Shown here: positions 1 to 13,319 of the stretch, one piece after another | Layout of the letters: each line of letters begins with the position of its first letter | Position numbering within the stretch: position 1 is the first letter of the stretch | Position numbers and translations under genes: made by a program | The notes under the pieces: generated by a model | Databases searched by the model: none | What the model saw: only the letters and a program-made list of their open reading frames with translations | Told to the model about the DNA's origin: nothing | Assembly: GCA_951406725.2 (NCBI GenBank) | Contig: OX597825.1 | Coordinates: 32,984,001-33,048,000 of the forward strand | Direction of reading: 5' to 3' | DNA length: 64,000 bases | Origin: Octopus vulgaris | Taxonomy: Eukaryota

Positions 1-59
1 AGGATCAGAGGCCATTTCGTCAGATTACCTAGCGTTTTTATTCCTCCGCCACACTCTGG

Positions 60-210
60 GCGTGCCGCCCGTCACGCACATTTGCTTGTTGAGTGAACTG
101 GATATGTGTAATGAAGTGTTGTGTACAAGAAGACACCGCATCGCCTAGTGTAGGAATCGAAACGGCCATGAGTCCAATACCCTAACAACTACACCACCAC
201 GTGTCTCCAA
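60..210 (-). mobile_element. Degenerate tRNA-derived SINE (family C), 5' part
   Basis: The reverse complement resembles the head of the SINE at 60820-61125 (B-box-like ttcgattcc, then gtcttcttgtacacaacacttca). Confidence 0.5.
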
Positions 211-433
211 GCACTAAAGAGGCATGTGCACCCGTTATATAAGAGCAACTATATTCGCGACTACACCTCTCTATATATTCATATTAACACACCCACATAT
301 TCAGAAATCCCTGAAAAGATCTTGATTCAAACAAAAACCACCATCAGCGTTTATTAATGACCGATGAGAATTCTTCGAAAACTCTAAGTAAATCTCAAAG
401 AAAGACATACATGCATACACATTCATAGATAGC

Positions 434-434
<1 letters not shown>

Positions 435-523
<89 letters not shown>

Positions 524-545
524 TAGATAGATAGATAGATAGATA
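435..545. repeat. (GATA)n microsatellite
   Basis: Read directly from the sequence. Confidence 0.97.
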
Positions 546-913
546 CATATAGATATGTATACACACACAGAAATACAAAATAAGCTATCACATACATGCA
601 CTCATGTACTAAACAGGCTTATCCCGCCATAAGTACAATAATACATGAACATATACATACACACACACACACAAACACACACACACAACCAAACATACAT
701 ACACACAAACACGCACGCACATACACTCACACAAACATAAACACACATACACAGACACACACACACAGACACATACACACACATACACTTAAGTATTCAC
801 AAATCTTTGGAAATTGTCTTCACTCAAAAAAAAAACTACCTTGACACTTTGTCAGTAACTCGCTTGAATTTGCGGAGAACAATTTAAATGTCAGAGAAAA
901 CTATGCACACATA

Positions 914-1370
<457 letters not shown>

Positions 1371-1717
1371 TGTGTGTTTGTGTTTGTGTGTGTGGACGTA
1401 TGTCAATATATGCGGTTGTATACATATGGATCCGAAGAAGATATAAAGAATGCATCGCAAACATATGTTGACGTATACAGACCAGTCATCAAAACTAAGC
1501 ACATCTAAAAGACTTCTTGTATGAATTATGTCCGAAAGACAGTCGTTGACATTAATAGAATGCTTCTGGCATACGTTTCCAAATTTGAATGGCGTTCGTC
1601 CGTAAATGTAGGTTCCATTGGTTATGTGTGATTAGATTTTTGTTTAGACTAACGAAAGCCGTAGCTAAGTTTATATCTATATATATATACATATCTATAT
1701 ATATATATACATATCTA

Positions 1718-1798
<81 letters not shown>

Positions 1799-1886
1799 TT
1801 ATATATGTATATCTATGTATATCTATGAATATTTGTGTATAATGTGTAGCTGTGTAGCTTAGAATTGATTTTCTTGTTCTTTAAAG

Positions 1887-2048
1887 TCGGTGACTTTGAC
1901 ACAACACTTTCCACTTCCCATTATTTAATGGTAGGAATGCAGATATGGCAAAAATCCTTTCAAAATGTGCCTGACGAGGCACATTTCGGAAAGTATGAGA
2001 AAAGGTTACAGCATTCGTCACATGGAGGTGGGGAACTCGCTTTAAATG
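1887..2048 (+). CDS. Candidate internal host exon (162 nt, phase 1-1)
   Basis: Pyrimidine tract ttttcttgttctttaaAG, open frame (GDFDTTLSTSHYLM...GELALN) and donor G|GTAATC. No homology recognised. Confidence 0.25.
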
Positions 2049-2684
2049 GTAATCATTTGTAACCGATGCTCTACACTTCATACACACACCACACACGCAC
2101 AGACACACACATACACGCACACACACACAAATGTATATATGCATATATATATATATATATACGTCAGTACTTTTACGGTATGGCTAATCACAGCCCATGG
2201 GGAGACATGACATACAGAACTTCAAACATTAATGCTATTGAAACCAGTGAGCATTTCATATATGAGCTGGAAATATTGCTAATGAGTTTAACGTTTACTT
2301 TATAAGCGAAGGACTAATTTAGACGAAACCTTGCCCCTGTAAGCCAAAAGCTTCAAATGTTATTTAAATAATTTGAGAGTAAAGACACCTCTCACTTCCT
2401 AATTCAAGCAGATAAAATGAAATTTCATACGGGCGAAATCAAGTAAACTTAAGTAAATTAGCTGGTATGAATAGCATTTCAAAACATATAATACCAGGTT
2501 TATGGTAAAGAAGTCTCCATATAATTAAGTTTTATAGAGACAACTTCTCCATAAACTTGATGAATCTGATTAACCTATCTTTTGATGCTGGAACTTTCTC
2601 TGAACTCTATAATACAAAACTAAATATAAAAATGACGATATACAAGATGCGTGCAACTTAACCGTTTCATATGTTTTCTTTCAG

Positions 2685-2751
2685 CCTACTTCTAGGTATC
2701 TGTTGCAAACATCGCATGCGAAACACTGTACTGCAGCGACTAGTAGTAGCA
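2685..2751 (+). CDS. Candidate short host exon
   Basis: Acceptor gttttctttcAG (alternative ttctAG at 2695) and consensus donor A|GTAAGT at 2752. Open in two frames. Confidence 0.25.
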
Positions 2752-2753
2752 GT

Positions 2754-2754
<1 letters not shown>

Positions 2755-2838
<84 letters not shown>

Positions 2839-2857
2839 CGTGGTGGTAGTAGTGGTG

Positions 2858-2928
<71 letters not shown>

Positions 2929-3058
2929 TGTGGTGGTAGTAGTAGTAGTGGTGGTGGTGGTGGTGGTGGTGGTAGTAATAGTAGTAGTAGTAGTAGTAGT
3001 AGTAGTAATAATAGTAGTAGTAGTAGTTGTAGTGGTCGTGGTGGTAGTAGTACTGGTG

Positions 3059-3091
<33 letters not shown>

Positions 3092-3093
3092 TC

Positions 3094-3137
<44 letters not shown>

Positions 3138-3150
3138 CAGCAGCAGCAGT
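2755..3150. repeat. (AGT)n/(GGT)n trinucleotide microsatellite
   Basis: Read directly; it explains the poly-S, poly-V and poly-T ORFs. Confidence 0.97.
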
Positions 3151-3377
3151 ACTCAATCAAAAACAATCCTCTCGTATATCGAATCTGATTTAGCAGAAGA
3201 TCTAATTAATTAGCGAATCGTGTATTAATTAACGTTATTTAAAAAAAAAAACATTAAAGCAACATTAGACGCATAACGAACACAGTGCGTAGGTGGATTA
3301 GTGTTTGATCTAGAAAACGTATTTGTCACTGTAAAGCATCTTCGAGTCCAATCTGAATTCTATTAATTATTCTTTAG

Positions 3378-4035
3378 ATCCATTGATACAACCCATGGTG
3401 TCTTTGGATACAACCCATGATGTCTTTTCTAGTAAATTATAAAGGGTAATGCAGGTTTGAATTTTTGAAAGCAAGACAACCTGGATTACTCCATGGTGTT
3501 TTATCAAAATGGAAGAACATGGATTGTACTATGGGGTTTTAACAAAAAGGACCAATATAGGTTGTAAATAGAATATCGTCAAAAAAGAGGACGCGAATCG
3601 ATCTATCCAGTTTCATCAAAAAAGGGGCAAGTATTGTTTTATGGGCTTCATAAGAAAGGATCCATATCAATTTTTCTATGGAGTTCTATAGAAAAGAAAG
3701 GATCTATGTGGGGTTTTTTATGAAGTTTTACCAGAAAGTGTCAACATGGACTGTTTCATTAGTTCCATGGTGTTCGCTAAAATGTGAAATTTCCCATGGA
3801 GTGTCACGTCATGAAAAAGGGAATTGTTCCATAGGATTTGTCAAGAACGACCATAAACCTTTGTTCCAGGGGGTTTCAACAAAAAGGGAAATATGGAATT
3901 TTCTGTGGGGTTTCATCAAAAGCGCCAATGGTTTTGTTCCTTCAGCTTTTATCAACAAAAGGTCAACCTGCATTGCTCGATGGGTTTCATTAAAAATGGC
4001 CAAAGCGGATTGTTGCAATGGGTTCCATCGTTGAC
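3378..4035. repeat. Degenerate ~37-bp minisatellite
   Basis: A motif like tcatcaaaaaggg-caacatggattgttccatggggtt recurs across the interval. Confidence 0.75.
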
Positions 4036-4748
4036 AAATGCCTTTCTTAGTTCATATTTACCACTTAATGAAATTAAATTTCGTGCAATTAATTTTACTA
4101 ATAACTTCTTCACATTTATAATCTTCAATTGAAAATGTGTAAAATTAGAAGTTCAAATCACCTAGTATGGTTATTGTCTTAGAAATAACCATTGACAACG
4201 AATCTAAATTTATAAAATTATTAATTCACAAAACAAGCCAAGTGATTGTAAAAATATCTGCATCAAATAAAACAGCTCTTAACAGCGACGAATGTTAAAC
4301 CACACATGTTTCTATTTCAGTCATATATTGGAAATAGAGACACCACATTAATCATCTAAGTATCAAATTAAGCAAAGACAACAGTGATCTGTCTATAGCT
4401 AATTTACAATTTGCTTTAAAATTATCGGGATATAAATACAGCGCTAATTTCTATTTGAGTTTAAATTATAAAATCTAAATGTGATCTCTAAAAATTAAAC
4501 ATTCTTTGAAATACTTAAGAGTTTTGCTAAAGAAGTGATCAAATTTTTGAACGTTTTCGAATTATAATGCGTTTAAAATTAAAGTTGTTAAATTAAAGAT
4601 AAAAAACTTAATTTTCAATCTGATAGTCTTCTCGGTACCTATTTTTATATGGAATTTCTGAAAATGAAGAATTTGTGTCTATGTGGACACATAACAGTAC
4701 GTTTGCCATGACCGAAACCACAACCTCGGGCTGTTTATATGATAATCT

Positions 4749-5208
4749 TATTTCTTTCCTACCCACAAGGGGCTAAACACAGAGGAGGCAAACAAGGACA
4801 GACAAACGAATTAAATCGATTATATCAATCCCAGTGCGTAACTAGTAGTTATTTAATCGACCCCGAAAGGATGAAAGGCAAAGTGGACCTCAGCGGAATT
4901 TGATCTCAGAACGTAGCGACAGACGAAATAGCCCGGCGTGCTAACGTTTCCGCCAGTCGCTCCACCACCACCACATATAGCTACATCAATATTTTCTTTT
5001 TACTACAGACACAAGGCCTGAAATTGTAGTAGCGGGGACTAGTCGATTACATCGAATCCAGTACTACACTAGTGCTTTGTTTTATCGACCCCGAAAGGAT
5101 GAAAGGCAAAGTTTCTTTCAACAGAATTTGAACTCAGAACGTAAAGCCGGATAAAATACCGCTTTGTATTTTGTCTGGTGTGCTAACGATTCAGCCAGCT
5201 CGTTGCCC
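4749..5208 (-). mobile_element. Two SINE-A copies: long tail 4749-4963, short tail 4990-5208
   Basis: Both carry atcgaccccgaaaggatgaaaggcaaag and the tRNA-like head (reverse complement of ctgagttcaaattcc). Confidence 0.92.
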
Positions 5209-5338
5209 CTAGCTACATCAGTATTAAGATATGTTTAAATTCATACTATACATAGGCGTATGTTTGCTTTCAATTAGCTTTGTTGATGTATATAAATGTG
5301 TTTGAGTGTATTTTGTTTGTGTACACATTTATATACGT

Positions 5339-5418
<80 letters not shown>

Positions 5419-5490
5419 GTGTGTGTGTTCATACACAGATACTCACACAGATATATATATATATATATACACATGCACATATACATACAT

Positions 5491-5521
<31 letters not shown>

Positions 5522-5587
5522 CATTATATACAGATATACACACACATAATATATATATGTGTGGGTGGGTAGGTGGGTATGTATAAG

Positions 5588-5750
5588 CACAGGTGTGGCT
5601 GTGTGGTAAGAAGCTTGCTTCCCAACCACATGCTTCCGGGTTCAGTCCCACTGTGTGTCACCTTGGGCAGGTGCCTTCTACTATAGGCTCGGGCCAACCA
5701 AGGCCTTGTGAGTAGATTTGGTAGAGGGAAACTGAAAGAAGCTCGTCGTG
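5588..5750 (+). mobile_element. SINE-B (tRNA head plus CORE-like segment), 5' half
   Basis: gtggctgtgtggtaagaagcttgc...gggttcagtccc...ccttgggcaggtgccttc matches 12420-12805. Confidence 0.9.
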
Positions 5751-5946
5751 TATATATATATACAAAGAAGAGGGAGTTAATAGATGTGTTCCAGAGATTC
5801 TCAATATAGAAAACACATAATGGCGCTCAAGTGATTTGATAAACTCGGGTTTATCTTCATATTTCTCTACCCTGAAAAACGGGGGATGCATTCATTCAAT
5901 GTTTATTTGTTTCCATTATTGGTTGCATATTCTGGTGAACTACATC

Positions 5947-5998
5947 GGCGAACATTATGAAGTAACTCCGAAACACCACAAACAGATGTCGGTCGTCT
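5947..5998 (+). ncRNA. Decayed type-I hammerhead ribozyme motif
   Basis: ggcgaac-ATTATGA-agtaactcc-GAAA-cacc..gatg-TC-ggtcgtc. Stems I and III and the GUC site are recognisable, but the core is mutated. Confidence 0.4.
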
Positions 5999-6226
5999 AA
6001 CACCATATCTTCTCCTCTTTAATTTATTCTGTATAAGTTTGCTCTGTTAATATATAAATATCTATATAAAATTATTCGTCGTCTAAAAAATGTTCAGTCT
6101 TTGCTTTCTCTCTGTTTACAGGTATACATGTATATATAATTTGTATATCGAACCCAAGCTCTGTATATTTATCTATTCGCATAATTCTCTCTTTCTTTCT
6201 CCCCCTCTGTATACACGCACACACAC

Positions 6227-6373
<147 letters not shown>

Positions 6374-6796
6374 TCTTAGGCCAGCCTAATTATCATATTT
6401 GATTAAACATTCTCAATTATTTGTGTAGACTCTATTGCAAAGTGCAAGCTTTTTTGTTTTCTCTCTTTATTTGTACTTATTTTCCATTTTCGTTTTCTAT
6501 AGCCAAACTCTAACAGCTCTATTTCCTTTATGCGAATTTTGAAATATTTATAAAGCTTTTACTTTGAAAAAAAATATACTGCGTTGTATTGTATGCTATT
6601 CTATTCTATTCTATTCTACACATACACAGTGACAAAACAACTTGTGCTGAATGTCATCGCAAAGACAGGCTGACAATATTTTTTCACGAACGTACGAATA
6701 GAATATTATATTCAGGTTTAGAACAATATAGTCCCAGTTCGGGGCATGTTGGTGTAACACATCTCTATATGTATTACATAAAATAGCATTCGCCCG

Positions 6797-6834
<38 letters not shown>

Positions 6835-6999
6835 TTCACTCTCTCTCTTTCTTTCTTTCTTTCTCTCTCTCTCTCCCTTTCACTAACTCCCTCTCAATGG
6901 ACAGAGTAATTCAAAGATCACTTCCTGTCAGGTTTACAGATGTGAGTTCGAGGGCCAGGAAGGATCTTAGACGTTTTCAATCCAATATTTATACGCTAC

Positions 7000-7556
7000 A
7001 AGGCGGCGACCTGACTTAGTCGTTAGCTAACCGGGCGAAATACTTAGCACCATTCCGTCTGTCGTTACGTTCTGAGCTCAAATTCCGTCCAAGCCTAACT
7101 TTGCTTTCATCCTTCCAGGGTCAATAAAATTAGTACCAGTTGAAAACACAGTGGGTCGATGTAATCGACTTAGCCACACACACCACCATACACACACTGA
7201 ATTTTCCAAACGTTGAGATTAATATTTACACGTTTTTATAAATTTAGGTCTTTCGAATTTTACCGTTCTAAACAAACGTTATTTCACGTTTCTTCTCGAA
7301 GTTTCAAATTTCTTCCAATGTCATTATCATACAATTCTCACTGATAAGGCGGCGAGCTGGCAGAAACGCTAGCACGCTGGGGGAAATGCTCAGTGGTATT
7401 TCATGTCTTTACGTCCTGAGTTCAAATTCCGCAGAGGTCGACTTTGCTTTTCATCCTTTCGGGGTCGATAAATTAAGTACCAGTTGTGCACTGGGGTCGA
7501 TCTAATCGACTGGCCCCTCCCCAAAAATTTCGGGCTTTAGGCCTAGAGTTGAAAAT
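7000..7556 (+). mobile_element. Two SINE-A copies (7000-7215, 7347-7556)
   Basis: ggcggcgagctggcagaaacg head, ctgagttcaaattcc B-box, tcatcctttcggggtcgataaattaagtaccag core. Confidence 0.92.
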
Positions 7557-8609
7557 AATACTCTCTTGGCGAAATTCTTGCCAAGTTTCATGCAGTAATC
7601 TCAAAAGATGTGGCTTTGAGGATGTTTTCTTGTTCTGCTTACGAAGTCTCCTGTCCATTATGTCCCAGAGGTTTTCAATAGGGTTCATATCAGGTGACTG
7701 GTTTGGCCATGGAAGCTTTTTAATGCCAAACAATGCTTTTTAATACCAAACAAATCGTCCATAAATAGTTTTCTTTAATCATTTCACCACTGGAGAAGAT
7801 TGGAACAAGTCCTTTCTGCAATACGGACACATATTTTTCTGAGTTTATATTTCCCTCACACTCCATCAACTCTGATTGACTGTTGTTCCAAACTGCTCCC
7901 CAGACCATCACAGAATAGCCGCCGTGTTTCATTGTTGGCTACAATCTTTTCACGTCAAATTCTTGATCACAGAGTTTCCAGGCCCACACTCGACCTCTGT
8001 CGGAAAATATAGCAATCTGGACTCATCAGAGAATATGACAGTGTCCCAAAATGCTAGTGGTCACTCCATCATCTCACCAGCCCAATCTCTTCTCTGTTTG
8101 ATATTGGATGGTCGAAGACGTAGCTTCCTTCTTGCTGCTCTGCCATAATAACGAAATTTGTGGAGATATCTGGCAGCTGTTCTGGGACTGACATCAACTT
8201 GTTGTTCTATGTCAGGGGCCTTGCACTTGCAACGTGGATTGTCCTCGACACTTCTCTTGACAAAGCAAAGGGTCCTGTCAGAGGGCCCTGATCGACCTGG
8301 GTGAGGTAATGTGAACTCTTACCCTTCTCTGGTGAATTGCATAATCACTCTATTAACAGTAGAAAGCGGGATCCCAAGGATCTCTGCGATTTTACGCTGA
8401 CGAAGTCCACCTTCAGATTGACCCACAATTTTGACAGTTCCAAGTATTTTGACAGTTCCAAGGCTTCTTTTGTACGTAACATGATTAAACAGTCACATTG
8501 AACCTGAAACATAAAATTGTCAATTAATAAAATATATAAATCTTTTCAAGTCAAAATAAGCATAAAATGAAGTTTTATGGTGTGTTTATTTACTTCTGTC
8601 ATGTCTGTG
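7557..8609 (-). mobile_element. Decayed Tc1/mariner transposon (transposase pseudogene)
   Basis: Minus-strand fragments IFSDES, KHGGYSVMVWGAV and WPNQSPDMNPIENLW are Tc1 DDE motifs. ATG at 8482, with frameshifts. TA-CAC-type end near 8609. The C-terminus abuts a SINE-A. Confidence 0.93.
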
Positions 8610-8619
8610 TATATATGTA

Positions 8620-8680
<61 letters not shown>

Positions 8681-9864
8681 TATGTATGTATGTATGTATG
8701 TATGTATGTATGTATATATATTATATATTATATTATATCATATAATATTATATTTATTAAAATTGAGCAGATATTTTGTTTTTGTTCATATAAGAAATTT
8801 ATTCATTAGCTCCTGAGTGATTCAAAAATTTACTTCTTTATATTATTCCAATTTTTACAATATTGTCAAATCTATAATACCTGCTTATTAATTTTGAATT
8901 TATAAAATCTGATTATAAAACTCTGCGATCTTCCTGCACGGAAGAAGAGAAGAAAAATAGCAGACAAAATTAAAATTTTAAAATTAAGATACTTTGATTG
9001 TCAAATCCATATGCTCTCACTCTCTTACTCATTCTCTCTCTATCTGTTTATCTATCGCTCTCTCCCTCCCTCTCTCACCCTCTCTCTCCCTCTCTCTCTC
9101 TCCCTCTCTCGAGAATTATCATCGAAATTACTTTAGAACAAAAGAATTTCAAAGTAAATAAATAAACGTTCTTCGACTAAAGAACTTTAAGCTAAATAAC
9201 TATTCTTATATAATATGCATTAAATCCTTTGTTTTATGGTCTATTACGCAATATATATATGCAAATGCATATACACATATACACACACACATACATACAT
9301 ATATATATACATATATACATATATGTGTAGTGGTTACATTGCTTCATAAACGCGTGATACTTTATCGATTATCTGTGATTAATAGCATTAACACAGATAT
9401 TAAAGTCGTTTCTTAGACACATTCTGAACATTAACTTGTTGAAGCAAGCATTTTGTATTTCTTTGTATTTTCTCATTTCAACTGTTAATATTTGATGAAA
9501 GATATAAGGTTTTTTTGTTTTTTTTTTGTTTTTTGCTTGACTTTTTTTATACTTTCCATAAATTTAGAGGATTTTTAAAGGAAATAAAGAGAACAAAAGA
9601 AGACTTATGTTCTATAAATGAAGCAATATACTATCCTATATACGCATGCATATTTTCTGAATGCAAGGAGATGCACACACTCACACACACACACACACAC
9701 ACACAGATATATATATACATATATACATACATATGCGCATGCATACATATCTATATATATAAATACATATACGCATGTATGTATGTATATATAAATATAT
9801 ATATATATATGTACATACATGCATGTATATATATGTATGTATATATATATATATATATATATGC

Positions 9865-9905
<41 letters not shown>

Positions 9906-10266
9906 AATACATATATATATACACATATATGTAAATATGCGAGCTTATGTGAATGTTCTCTTTACATGAATATACATACATATATCTATATATACATATG
10001 TGCCTGAGTATATATATATATATATATATATAAATATAAATATACATACATATATATTTACATATATACATATATATCAATGTATATAAAAAGGTATGTA
10101 AGTATGTATATTCATGTATGTTAAGAGGACATTCACATATATGCGCATATTTTCGTATGTTTCTCTCCATACGTGTTTTTTCATTCTTTCTCCCTTCGTG
10201 TTTCTGTGAGTGGGAGCATGTGCGCGCACTCACTAAGTAAACACGTACAAGGTGCTTGCTGCCATA

Positions 10267-10337
<71 letters not shown>

Positions 10338-10529
10338 GTATGAATGTATGTATGTGTGTGTGTGAATGTACACGTCTGTTTAGGATCATAGCGGTCGTAA
10401 CATAATCGTATGTTTAAGACAGTTTCTTCGCGGGCAAGTGGTTCTGAGTTCGATATTGCTGTATGGCATCTTAGGATGTCATACCAGTATTCCTGCTGAA
10501 CATCAGGGGCTTTGCAACGTCCCACCAAC

Positions 10530-11040
10530 TCAAAGTCCAATGTCTGAGAGACTTAGTGACCTGTAATCAAATCATATGCATAGCAGTGACAGAAACACAT
10601 CTGAAAGCTGACATATCAGATGCTGAGATACATATAGCAAAGCATGTTGTATTTCCAAATGACAGGAGCGAAAGGACTCATTGTGGAGTTGCAATGTACA
10701 TTCGGGAAGATGTCACACGTGTAGTCCTGCTGTCACACTCAAATTCATCCTCTGACACTAGGTGGTGCACAGAAAACCGATGCAAATGGTAATATGTCCT
10801 ACATATCGCCCACCAGATGATCCAAATCATGGAGAATCATTCGAAAAGAGCCTCAAAATGATGGAGGAAGTATTAACCAGCCTAGATGGCAGCCTTCACA
10901 TCCTTCTACTTGGGGACTTCAACCTCCCTAATGTGGAATGGCCTGAGGGCGCCTTCTTTCAGGCATGACACTGTATGGCCAGATGCAAGCCGAATCTCTG
11001 CTTGACGTCACAAACATGCTTTTCATGGAACAAATAGATC
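10530..11040 (+). mobile_element. LINE (CR1/L2/Jockey-group) APE endonuclease fragment
   Basis: Motifs AVTETHL, DR..CGVAMYI, YRPP and LLLGDFNLPNVEW; frameshifted. Confidence 0.9.
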
Positions 11041-11049
11041 TCGCTTAGG

Positions 11050-12003
11050 CATAGCGATACTAATCTTAGAAGCTAGCTAGCAGCAATAATCTTTTTTTTA
11101 GTTTTTAACTTTTAATTTTTAATTATTTCATTTTTTAGCTTTTATCCATTTAATTGTACTTTTAATCCTATATATACTCCCTTAAGTCAGGTTTCTATTT
11201 TTAGCTATTCTTATTGACCACTGAACAAAATATTCTTTCTGACCACACCAAACCCAGAATTTATCGATTTAATTATTAACCATAAATGCCTCCTCCTCCA
11301 CTTCACCAAAACCTTAATGCCCAACCTCTCACCCCGAACCGACCCTAGCGTAGAATAATACTGCCATCTTATCTTTATCTTTTTTTATTTTTTATTTGAT
11401 TTTTTTTTATTTTGAGTTTATTTTACTTTCGCTCTCATTCATTCCTTCCTATCCCATTCATTTCTTTTCTCTTTCTCTTTCTCCTCTGTCTTCTATTCAC
11501 TCACTCAAAACCCTTATCTGTCTATCATGATGTCTGTCTTTCTCACTCTATATACCCACGTGGACCATTTTCATAATAGCTAACCTCTTGGTCTATTCCT
11601 TCAACATGAACGTAACATTCAAAATACTGCCTGGATTTACCTGGGATTATACTTAAGGGTCTATACCTTCACGGAAGTATGGACCAACCTCCATACTCTC
11701 TGGAAGAAAATGAGCTGTGAACTTTAATCTCCTGTCTGTATTCTTCAATCTACTGTTTTCTGTCTACACTTTTATTCCTTTATAAACAGTGAATTCCGTG
11801 TCTAGAACTTTCATACATACCTTGTCTCTGATGACAGAGTACCCAGTGTATAGAGATGCTAACCTATCACTTGGGATATCCCAGAAACAATTATAAGACA
11901 TCCAATAATTAATTAATTAATTACCTCAAATTTACCTTACTCTAATTAATATTCTAAATAACTTGAGATACTCGTCTTGCTTTGATTTTTGTTGTCCTTT
12001 TTC

Positions 12004-12008
<5 letters not shown>
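11050..12008 (+). mobile_element. Putative Penelope-like element 3'/pLTR remnant
   Basis: Pyrimidine-rich region, then a hammerhead motif, then a short tail ending in (TA)n. The 5' boundary is uncertain. Confidence 0.45.
11823..11900 (+). ncRNA. Type-I hammerhead ribozyme motif (PLE-type)
   Basis: tgtct-CTGATGA-[long stem II: cccagtg..cacttggg]-GAAA-caatta-TA-agaca. Stem I is a perfect 5 bp; stem III is near-palindromic and mutated. Confidence 0.65.
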
Positions 12009-12084
<76 letters not shown>

Positions 12085-12087
<3 letters not shown>

Positions 12088-12392
12088 AATAGTTAGTATA
12101 AAGCATTGTGTGGAATATATGGAATATATTATATAAAATTCGTGGGTAAGGCCGGAACAATGCGAAATAAATCCAAGGCAAATCACAAGAAAACAGGTAT
12201 ATGAATTAATGGTAACTTACCCTGCATTCAATATTTCAGGGTTATGACCCCCTCTTCAGGGATTAGCAGATGTTGCAGATGTACATGTGCGTGAGTATGT
12301 CAGATCCAAATGTAGATATACAACATTCGCTAATTCTTGTGATTTACCTTGAATTTGTCTCGCATTGTTCTGGCCTTACCCACGAATTTTTT
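12085..12392 (-). mobile_element. Fold-back PLE-like mini element with a hammerhead motif
   Basis: Inverted arms 12135-12191 and 12334-12390. Minus strand atcc-CTGAAGA-gggggtcataaccct-GAAA-tattgaatg-CA-gggt at 12219-12263. Flanked by (TA)n. Confidence 0.65.
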
Positions 12393-12419
12393 TATTATAT
12401 ATATATATATGTATATATA

Positions 12420-12802
12420 GGCGAAGGAGTAACTGTGGGGTAAGTAGCTTGCTTGCCAACCACATGGTTCTAGTTCAGTCCCACTGCGTGGCACCTTGGG
12501 CAAGTGTCTTCGACTATAGCCTCGAACCGACCAAAGCTTTGTGAGTGGATTTAGTAGACGGAAACTGAAAGACGCGCGTCGTATATGTGTGTGTGTGTGT
12601 GTGTGTTTGGGTGTCTGTATTTCCCCCGCCCCATGTTGACAACCTATGTTGGTGTGTTTACGTCCCCGTAAAGAAGCAGTTCGGCAAAAGAGACCGGTAG
12701 AATAAGTTCTAGGCTTACAAAGAATAAGTCCTGGAGTCGATTTGTTCGACTAAAGGCGGTACTTCAGCATACCCGCAGTCAAATGGTTGAAACAAATAAA
12801 AA

Positions 12803-12805
<3 letters not shown>
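12420..12805 (+). mobile_element. SINE-B, near full length
   Basis: Head, ccttgggcaagtgtcttc CORE-like block, internal (TG)n, and 3' part gtttacgtccccgta...gactaaaggcggt...gaaacaaataaaa. Confidence 0.93.
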
Positions 12806-12863
<58 letters not shown>

Positions 12864-13319
12864 TGCATGTGTGTGTGTGTATGACATTGAGTGTTTCTTG
12901 TAGTTTTTAAATTTCCTTAATAGAAAACTTCTACTTTTAGCTCGGGTTGTATGTATATGTGTGATAGACAAAGAATTAGAATTTTTTAAATAAACTGAGC
13001 GGAAGAGAACAAGAGGGAGAAGGAGAGAGAAAGAGAGAGAGAGAGAGAAAATACAGAAAAGAAACAGAGAGAGAGTGGAGGAGTTTGAAAGCGACTTAGA
13101 GAAACAAAAAGAGAACAGAAGGAATTGTTATAATTAGATCATTGAGTTGTTTAATTCACCATAATAACGAATTCCAATCATACACGCATGGTTGCATCTA
13201 TGATATCTTTGACCAAAGGACATAGACAAGCACATACACACACTCATGAACACTCATGAACACAAGCACGGAAGAGCACACACACATACACACACACAAG
13301 ATTTCCTAACTCTTTGCAT

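Noticed and set aside
1963-1995. CTGACGA..GAAA as a hammerhead
   Set aside because: CTGACGA lies across the loop and flanks of a simple hairpin, so the topology is wrong.
7347-7430. SINE heads as tRNA genes
   Set aside because: A/B-box-like motifs continue into SINE bodies and no complete cloverleaf forms.
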